The notes beneath the pieces are model-generated. The model was given only the letters and a program-made list of their open reading frames with translations. It had not been told where the DNA came from and searched no databases. Both the position numbers and the translations under genes were made by a program. From Felis catus (taxonomy: Eukaryota), in assembly GCF_018350175.1 (NCBI RefSeq), contig NC_058369.1, positions 9,364,001-9,428,000 on the forward strand: a stretch of 64,000 nucleotides of DNA, given 5' to 3'. This document shows positions 54,987-64,000 of the stretch, piece after piece. Within the stretch, counting starts at the first letter, position 1. Each line of letters begins with the position of its first letter.

Positions 54987-57526
54987 TCTGGGTGAGATGC
55001 AGGAGGGGTGGAGACCGTCAGCAGAGCTTCGACACATCCCTTGGAGGACCACAGGGATTGTTCTCCCACATCCGAGACGGGGCCACAATCACAGCGCTGA
55101 GGCAGAATCCTTGCCTCCACCCCAAAAGGCCAGAACAGCAAGATTCCGAGCAGGCTCGTGTCCCCTTCCCCCGACTCTCGAGGAACCCAGGCTGGCTAGG
55201 CCGTCAAGTGCCATCCGGCTCACTGGTGGAAGCTTCCAGGTTCAGGGCTGGGACGCGGGCAGCAGCCCTGAGTCTGACAGCCGAGGCCCACGGCGGCCAT
55301 CGTGCCAGACTCGCTTCCCTTCACACGCCCTCTGGGCCTCAGTTTCCTCATCTACAGAATGGGGATCACGAGACAGCTTCCCACAGGAGGCGGTGGTGAG
55401 GGGTTTTCCATTTTATGGGGAAACCGAGGCACGGAGCAGGCTAAGGGACCTGCACACTGGACACAAACCGGACAGGCTTCCAGGAACCTCTTTCTAAAGC
55501 AATGAGACTACTCTAACACCTGTTTGGGGTTCTCAGCCTTGTCTACGAGAAGATGGCAGATAAACTGAGGTAAAGGACCAGGGAGAAAGGGAAGCAGAGG
55601 ACTCTGGGGTTGGGCACTCAGGCTAAGACCCCCACGTCTGCCAACGTTGACATCCATGTAGTAACAAGGGAAGGCCATAAGCAAAGTCCTTACAGGGACT
55701 TTCTCAGGCAAGAGGCCAGAACCCTGCAGCCAGGAGGAGGATTCTGAAACGTTTCCGGGGAGGAAAGCAGCAGCCTGGGGGCTCCTTGCCTGGCTTTTTG
55801 GCGGATTAACCCCGGGCATGCAGGAGCGGCTTGATCAAGGTGCTTGGCCAGTTGCACCAGGCCTGCAGCCCTGCCTTGAAAGAGAGATGGCGGCACCCGA
55901 TGGAGTGTCTGCGGCAAGGTAGGGAGGGTGTGGCAGGGGCCCCGAGGGTCTGCCTCTCCCACCCCTAGGGCCACCACAGACAGGTGCTCCTGTGACGGTC
56001 AGCTCTCCCAAAACCCCGCGAGAGTTGCCGGCCCTTGTCAGGATCCCACTGGCAAAATCTCACATCCCCCAGCTCCTGTGAGATCTGCGAGCCCATCGAG
56101 GCTCATAGGATGCCCTTAAATCCCAGTCTGGACCTTTTCCTTGCACGGGGATTAAAAAAAAAAAAAAACCACCAAAACCCAAAACAAGAAGCCAAACATC
56201 CAAAACAGGGATTTTTCAAGGTCACGGGCTGGCTGGCTTCGTGCCTGAAGCGACTTCGCAGAAGCAGCTGAAAAGATTCGCCACAAACGTGCTGCCAGAT
56301 TTCTGTGAGTCGGAGGCTCGTTTCGAATGCCCTTGGATAACTTCATATTTAAAATGAAAATTCAAAACAAAAATCAGCTCCCTCCAGCAGATTCTTTTGC
56401 AACACAAAGAATCCACTCTGCGGACTGATTTTTGGTGGAAAAAATAATTTTGATTTTGCAGACTGCAGGGACTAATTGTAGCTTCGGGGATCCTAGAAAC
56501 AGCATATTGTGAATTACCGGCTCTTTATGGCCAAAGTCCGTCCTATGGGTGAAAGCCCCCGGTCTTTCGGAGGCTACCCCTTCCCCAAACTGTGAGGCCA
56601 AACTGGGGGGTGGAGGTGGGGCGGGGGAATGGGGGGGGAGGGAGGGGGAGGCTCCTTCAGCACTGAAGCATTTGCTGCGGACAGAGGTCTGGGAGGAAAG
56701 CGCCAAGGTCAAGGGTGAGCTGACGCGTCAGTCGCCACTTTCTCTGTGCCACACCCAGTGGTGGCCGCGGAGGGCAAAACTCACCACCCAGGGCACAGCT
56801 GGCCAAGCGGTGGTTGTGTGTGGGCAGGGGGATGTGGCCGACAGGTGCTCACCCCTGTCCCTGTCCCCGTCACCTCCTGAGCCCTAGGAGACTTGGGGAC
56901 TGTTGGAAAGACCTCATCCTGGAGGGCTCGAGGAAGTATGGAAGAGGCACCCGCCCAAATTTGCCCTCCCTTGTCACAAAGACCACCGCTGCTCCGAGTA
57001 TAGTGGGGATCGGGTCTCCTGATGCCCGAGCGTAGGGCGAAGGGTCCGCCTTCTCCAGGCCACGCAGCCCAGGTTACGTGGATGGTCAGGCCCACGTCAC
57101 CGGAAGATAAGGGCCAGGGCCCGGGGAGGGGGAGAGAGAGGGAGAGGGAGAGACAGAGGGACAGGGAGGGAGAGAGAGAAACGGAAGGGGAAAGAGCCAG
57201 AGAGGCAAGTCAGAAGGAAGAGGAAAAAGGCGAAAGGGAAAGAAAGACACAGAAGCAGGGCAGGGCAGGGGATCCGAGACAGAAAACAGAGACAGACAGG
57301 GGTGGAGACACAGGTAGGTTATCTCCGCAGTGGGGGGAGGGGGGGGACAGATTCATTCTATCCTGAGGGAGGTAAGACGTTTTGGCTCTTCTGAGTTGAA
57401 ATTTTCCCTGGACCTAGTGTGGGGCCCTCCAGCCACCTTGGAGGAATCGCTCAAATAGCTGACACAGGGAGGGACGACTGTATTTCGTTACCTTCTCATA
57501 TATACTTCAAAGATCTTTAAAATAAA

Positions 57527-57735
57527 TTTTTTTTTTAACATTTATTTTTGAGAGAGTGAGACAGAGCACGAGTGCGGGAGGGCCAGAGGGGGGGGGGGGG
57601 ACACAGAATCCGAAGCAGGCTCCAGGCTCCGAGCCGTCAGCACAGAGCCCGACGCGGGGCTTGGACTCATGGACCACAAGATCATGACCTGAGCTGAAGT
57701 CGGCCGCTTAACTGACTGAGCCACCCAGGCGCCCC
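57527..57735 (-). mobile_element. Can-SINE
   Basis: SINE body in reverse. Confidence 0.9.
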
Positions 57736-59382
57736 TAAAAATCTTTTTTTTTTTTGAAGAAAACTGGTGCTATCTTGATAGGAAAAAAATTGTATCGTTT
57801 GTATTTTATATTTCTCCAAATTGCAAGGAGGCGAAATTTTCTTCATTTTTACTAGCTGTCAGCATTCTGCAAAATTTCTATTTATATCCCTTCCCTTGCC
57901 CACGTATCTACTGAGTTTCAGGTTTCTTAGTGATTTGTAACTGCTTTTTACATATGAAGGCCAGCGATTCCCTGTCTTATTTGTGGCCATCTTTCTCCCC
58001 TCATTCGCTGTGCATTTTACTTATTTCACTTTTTAAAAGTGTCGACCGTTTTAATAACGTAGCCACACTTTGGATTTTTACACAATCTCTTTGACTGCTC
58101 TAATACTGAAATAATCATTTAAAAAAGGGAGGGGGGGGGGAGGCGGAGGGAGTGAGGAAGAAGGAGAGAGAAAGGAGACGAGGTGGAAGACGAGCAAACC
58201 TCGAAAGAGGAAAAGAGACTAGAAGGAAAAGGGGAAAGGGGGTGGGAAGTCTGGCCAGAGTCAGAAATACAATCAGCCCCGGGACCCTCGTCGTAGGGCT
58301 CCAGAGGCTTGGAGCCGTCCGGAACCCTGGAACTTTCTTGCTGTTCTGACACAACTTGACCGTATTGGGTCCCCAGGGGAGAATCCGAGCGTGGCCCGCT
58401 TTGGTCCTTAAATTGGAAAGGAGCCACCACTCTGGCCTCCTGACAAACGGAATCTTCACTATTGGGTTGGGGGGCCATTCAAGAACCCCGAGAGAAGGAC
58501 GCGAGGGAGCAGAGGCACGAGGGAAGCCTCTGATTTCTCACTGTGGGGGTGAGGCGGGTGGGAACCCCTCTGAGACCTTCCTTTCTGGGACTGACCCACT
58601 GCGGTGGGCACACACAGGGCCCGCCAAGAAGACTTGGGGGTGAAGAGCCGGCGAGGTCTCCTCAACCTGCCCCAAATGTCTAGAACTTAAGGAACGCACT
58701 GCCGAGGTCGCTCTCGGGGCCCTAAGACCTCGCGGGTGCTCAGCCCTTGGGTACCACCTTGAAATGCTTCCCAGAGCTCAGGGGCCATCTTGGAGAGAAT
58801 GGCTGCCTGGCCCTTGGGTGCCATTCTGGGATGGCTACCCACGACCCAGGGGCCATCTCGGGGTTGCACAACGATGCACGGCCTTTCAGAGGGCAGAGAG
58901 TCTTAGGACCTGCCGGACACGTGAAGGACACACGAGGGGAGTCACCAGGTCCACAGCTACTGAGCCTGCAGACACAGGGTGGGGGGGGGGGGTCCGAATT
59001 CTCATGCACATTCGTTTCCTGATTTTCTTTTTAGGGGGTCTCAAAGAGACAGCGGTTGGGGTGGAGCTTGTAGAGCAGAGGGAAGATGAAATGTCCCGGC
59101 GGGGCTATTCTACTGAAAGCAGCAGAGCGAGGGGCCAGTGACGTGGCTGCGCGAGGAGGTAGAAGGTGGGGTCCCTTCTCTTCCTTCCTCCACAGGGGAC
59201 GTCATGCAAAAGCCAGTCGAAGCTCTTCCTGGCGTAGCATGCGGATGTCCCCCCCGCCCCCCACCTCCCAGAGCCCACTCTCCCGTCTCTACGCCCTGAG
59301 AACACGTTCCCTGGTCCAACGGGCAGCCCCCGGCCGGGGGCGGGGCGCAGAGAGGCAAGTGGAAACCTCAGGAGGAGACTTA

Positions 59383-59490
<108 letters not shown>

Positions 59491-60184
59491 CTAGGGGTGA
59501 GAAGAGACGGTGCTCGGGTCCCTCGTCCCACTTGGGGGAGCAGTCCCCACCCTTCCAGTCTCTGGGGGGAAGGGCACCAGGAGGGGACACGCGGAGGGGA
59601 GCCCAGTGGACCTCCCCGTCTCACGAAGGGCAGTTCTAGCCTGCTGGCTCTCAGGTCCAAACCTCGATGCCCCCCCTTCACTCCTCTTTGTCTCGTTCCC
59701 CCACGCGGAATTCACCAGGAAGCCTGCCAAGAACCTGCCCACCTTCTCCACCACCCTGGCCTGTCCCCCACCACCCTCTGCCCGGCCCAGTACAATCGCC
59801 TGCTCCTAGCTCTCTCAGCTCCCACCCGCCCCGCCCCTCCCTCAAGCGCATCCTCCCCAGCGAGGCCAGAGGGTGCCCCTGGCATGGGCAGGAGTCCAGT
59901 CAAGTTCCTCCTCTGCCCAGAGCCCTCCATGGCTCCCACCTCACTTGGGGTAAAAGCCAAAGTTCTCCCCGTGGCCCACAAGGCCCCGCCGGATCTGTCC
60001 TTGTCACCTCCCTACTCTCAGCTCTCCGCCCTGGGTTCTCCACTCTCCTCCCTCACTCCTGCCAGTTCTCACCGCTGCTCCCAACACACCAAGCGTTTCT
60101 AATCCCCCCGGGGAAGCCACCTGCGCCAGGGTGGCATTCTTGAGAGTGAAGTTTCCCTTGGATCTTGGCTCTCTCAGCACTCAC

Positions 60185-60244
60185 CTTGATCACCATCTCA
60201 AAGGTAAAGACGCCTGTAAAAACGTAGTCAAAATACCGTAGCAC
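60185..60244 (-). CDS. CACNA1A: CACNA1A exon 23 (VLRYFDYVFTGVFTFEMVIK, repeat III S2); gene continues 5' beyond the window
   Basis: 60 nt, ctacag| ... |gtgagt; peptide matches CaV2.1 IIIS2. Confidence 0.96.
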
Positions 60245-61909
60245 CTGTAGGGGATCAGAGCAAAGGGGCAGCAGATCATCGGCTTGCTCCAGCAGAGTCC
60301 CCAGGAACCTAGTAAAGGCCCACTGGAGTGTGTGGCCTCCAGCAAAGTCCCCAAGGAACAGACTCTCCAAGCAGAGGGGGAAACACGGCTGCCACATACA
60401 GTTGGGCAGGGTGGGCACTGTACAACGGCCCCTCCCACCCCGTCTCATAGTGCAGATTAGTACGTTGTGTATGAAACTGTCCAGCAGATGGCAGAAAAGT
60501 CCTAACAAAACCACTGAGGGTGGTTTGCTTACCCAAGGGAAGGGCGCCTTTTTTTTTTTTAATTTGTCCAAAGCTCAATATAAAGGAAAGGTGATCTTAG
60601 GGACGTTCAGGGAGGACTGTAACCCTGCTGGCGACCGGTCTGACCTCCCCACGCCCTTGACCAGCTGGGTCTCCTAGGTGAGAAGTCCTAAACATGACCG
60701 GCCTTCTAAGCCAGACACTGGGGGGGGGGGGTCAAACTCACCACCGTGGTCTCCCCCAGCAGATCTGCGGCCACATCTTCACCATGGTGGGGGGATTCTC
60801 CCCGCACCCCTCCCTCCCCCCACTCCCTCGTGCAGGGCCAGGGCTGGGTGGTCTCCACCTGGCTGAGAGACGGCCTGCAGCCTGGCCCCTCTCCAGGACA
60901 TGCCACAGCACGGCTCTGGTGTGGCCTTGGCAGGAGGATGTGGTTATGGGGACACACAGCAAGTGCACGTTGGAAGGGCTGATATTTACTGGGCACCACC
61001 ACCAGAGGGCGCCCGTGAGCACCGCACTCCGGTTAGAGTCCTTCTCTGCCCTAGAATCCTCTACGGCTCTGATCTCACTTGAGGTAAGAGCCAAAGTCCT
61101 CCTGGTGGCCCCCGAGGCCCCGAACGATCTGCCTGGTCACTTCCATGCCTTCACCTCCACTCACCGTCCCTTGTTCACTCTACACCCGTCACTCTGGGCG
61201 TCTTCACCGCAGGGCCTTTGTACAGGTGGTTACCTCTGCCTGGAATGCTCTTCCCCATGTCCTGCCTGATTCCCTCTTTATGGCTTGGCTCAACTCTCAC
61301 TTGCTCGGCGAAGCCTTCCCCTACTGCCTGTTTAAAGTCCTACTTCCTGGCGCTCGCGATTTTCCTCACCAGACCAACCACCCACCCCTGCGAACGATTT
61401 GTTGTAATTTGTTATAGTCATCAGTAACCTCATCGTCCACGTTCCTGACCTGAGGTCAGCCCCACGCGGCCAGGGACGTTTGGCTATGCCTGTAGTGTCT
61501 CCAGCTCATAACACAGGCTCAAGCATACAGTTGGCACTCAAGAAATGTTTGCGGAATGAATGCATGGGCAGCTGGAAGGGTCCTGGGGATCTGTGTGGTC
61601 ACATCTCACATTCCTGTTACGCGTAGGGCTGAAGGGCCACCAGGGCCCAGAGTGGCCAGGATGGCTGGCTCCCTGAGTGGGGGGGGGGGGGGTGGCAGGT
61701 GCAAGGGGCTAGAAGGATCTGGGTGCAGAGAGAGCAGTTCAGGTGCACCGGGCGGAGGGCTCAGCAGGGCCAGAGGCCTGGCGCTCTGTGAGCTCTGGGA
61801 AGGCAGGGGCCATCTCCTACCCTGTCAATCCTTGACCTTTAGCTCTGTGCGTGGCACATACTATTTGCTCATTAATTGCTAAATAAAGCAATGAATGGAA
61901 AGCAGAGAG

Positions 61910-62292
61910 GGGGTGCCTGGGTGGCTCAGTCAGTTAAGCGTCCGACTTCGGCTCAGGTCACCATCTCACGGTTCGTGAGTTCGAGCCCTAGGTCAGGCTC
62001 TGTGCTGACAGCTCGGAGCCCGGAGCCTGCTTCGGAGCCTGTGTCTCCCTCTCTCTCTGTCCCTCCCCCACTCGTGTCCTGTCTCTCTCTCCTTCAAAAA
62101 TAAATAAACATTAAAAAAATTAAAACAAGGAACAAAAAGCAGAGAAGAAAAAAGGAATGAGGGGAGTGGGGGAGGAGCAGGCCAGGTGGTCAGGGGAATC
62201 AACTTCTGGAGAACTGAGGGGTTGTGAGTTCGAGCTCCCACGCTGCGTGTGGAGATTACTCAAAAATAAAATCTTATCAAAAAAAAAAAAAA
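61910..62292 (+). mobile_element. Can-SINE (61910-62125) followed by a second degenerate SINE-like fragment
   Basis: SINE head, (CT)n and A tail. Confidence 0.85.
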
Positions 62293-64000
62293 TTCCGGAG
62301 AACCGAATTAAGTCGGACAAGAGGAAATCAAGGAAACCGAGAGACCAATAAATCAGGTTTGACTCTCTCGGATGTGCCGATCCTTTGCCCTGTGCAAATG
62401 ACAATTTCCTGTGGCTCGGTTTACTCCAAGCAGGTGCTCGGGCTCATTTATCCCAGGGGAACGCAGATCAAAGTCCCAGAGAGCCTCTGCGTCATACCCA
62501 CCAGGTCGGCCAAAGGAGTCTCCAGGCCCCAGGGTTGACAAGCCTGGGCAGCGGGGGGGTGGGGGGGGGCACGAGGTTGGGTGACAGAAGAGAGGCACAG
62601 AATTATTCCATCTGTTTTCGTGTCAGAAATGAGCAACAACACCCAGCTCTAGCGCCTAAGGGTGCCCAAGCCGGTGGGAAAATTAGAGTAGCTAAGCTCC
62701 TTCCAGAAGGGAGGTCCCTTCTGGTTACCGCTAGGGTTGGGTTATCCAGCGTGGACCCTTGGGGCTGGCGCATTCCCCTCGCGGGGGCTGCCCTGTGCCC
62801 CTGAGGGGGCCGAGCACCCCTCTGGATGCCAGTAGCACCCCGTCTGCCCACCCCGAGTCGTGACAACCCAAATGTGTCTCCAGACGTCCCCGGATGTGAA
62901 CCCTGACTTCAGAGGGAGGGAAAGGGGGCACTGAGGAGATGTGCCCGGTGTGGGGGGTGGTTTTGTTTCACTTCCTGCCCCGTTGGGGGGGGGGTCCCCG
63001 GGCATCAGCTGGCCGTGTGGGGCCACAGCGCCCTTGAAGAGGGGAGGGCTTCGAGGAGAGAAGTTTCAATTGCAAGATGCAGCAGGCAGGGGCCGGGATA
63101 AGGCTTTGCAGACGCCCCATGGGGCTGGTCCGAGCCCCGCCGGGCTCCCTCAGGTCCAGGAACCGCAGCGGTACCCCTGCCAGTGACAGAGCCTTCTCTG
63201 ACCCCCTAGAGTCTGCAGGGGGGTTGCTGACTGCTCCTGGGACACCCCCTCCCGGGCCTGGCTCCCTGCAGTCCCCGGGGGTGGGGAGAGCTGGCCGTAG
63301 ATAACAGAGCGCAGCCTCAGCCCTGCCCTGGTGTTCGTTTCTTCCGGGAGCCGTGTTCTAATTATTTCCTTCCAGCTCCCCCCTCGGGTCCCCAGGGGCC
63401 CTGCCAGGCCTGCAAAGGAAGGGAAAGTGCAAGGTAAGCTGTTGTCGGGCAGGCTTGATTTATGGGGCTTGCCAGCCTCACCAGGCTCCTAACCTACTTA
63501 GCGAGGGCGGCAGGGCCTGGCTCCCAGCGGAAAATGTGCCCCTGGCTCCGGGCAGGGGGGCAGCGATGGGGGTGGGGGGGGGCAGGAAGGAGCTGGGGAA
63601 GGAGGTTCTGCCACCGGTGTGGAATCTGCCAGGCCCTCGCTTCTCAGTGCCTCACTTTCCCCTCTCAACCACAGGCACGCGCCCATTCTTGCTGGGCAGG
63701 ACTTAAGGGGAGCCATGCGCACAGTAGGTGCTCAAAAAACGGACACGGTTGAGGGAAGCAGAAGGAGCGACAGGGGAGGCAGCATTGGGATTCTGCCGTG
63801 TGATCTCGGCCAGGTCACTGAACCTGCCCGAGCCTCAGTTTCACCACCTGTCCAATGGGGATACCTGGGAGAGCTTACATGCCAAGTGCCGGGGCTTGTG
63901 CTCTGAACACAACCACCCCTCAGTTATCAGGAACCGATGGCAGACCCTGCGCCCCTAAAAGGAGAGCCTTGTAGCTCTCCAAACAGCTGAAAGTGTAGCC

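Noticed and set aside
56518..56602. Possible 72/85-nt cryptic exon in intron 24 (donor CCG|gtaatt)
   Set aside because: Splice signals are no better than expected by chance in a 7-kb intron, with no supporting feature.
60245..64000. CACNA1A exon 22
   Set aside because: The expected IIIS1 peptide was not found; the exon presumably lies beyond the window.

Overview
Mammalian genomic DNA, almost certainly from a felid given the abundant cat-type Can-SINEs. The window holds the 3' half of CACNA1A (CaV2.1 P/Q-type calcium channel alpha-1A) on the minus strand. It runs from exon 23 (60185-60244, repeat III S2) to the terminal exon 47 (stop 4896-4898, ending DDDDWC), with the 3' UTR and poly(A) signal (~3948) and about 3.9 kb of repeat-rich 3' flank. 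Exon numbers follow my recollection of the human gene. All exons were read manually with GT-AG boundaries and consistent phase. This includes exons missing from the ORF track or not resolved in it: microexon 24a (SSTR), microexon 31a (NP), exon 37a (EFa), exons 27, 30, 41 and 44, and the GGCAG tandem acceptor of exon 47 that controls polyQ (SCA6-type tract) expression. Most short ORFs in the track are GC-rich or repeat shadows. No novel gene system was found. The best leads concern splicing architecture: a split 20/20 long-range complementarity bracketing the NP microexon, a thrice-repeated palindromic element flanking microexon 24a, an 18/21 element shared downstream of both mutually exclusive exons 37a and 37b, a candidate poison exon in intron 37, and very long AG-exclusion zones before four regulated acceptors.
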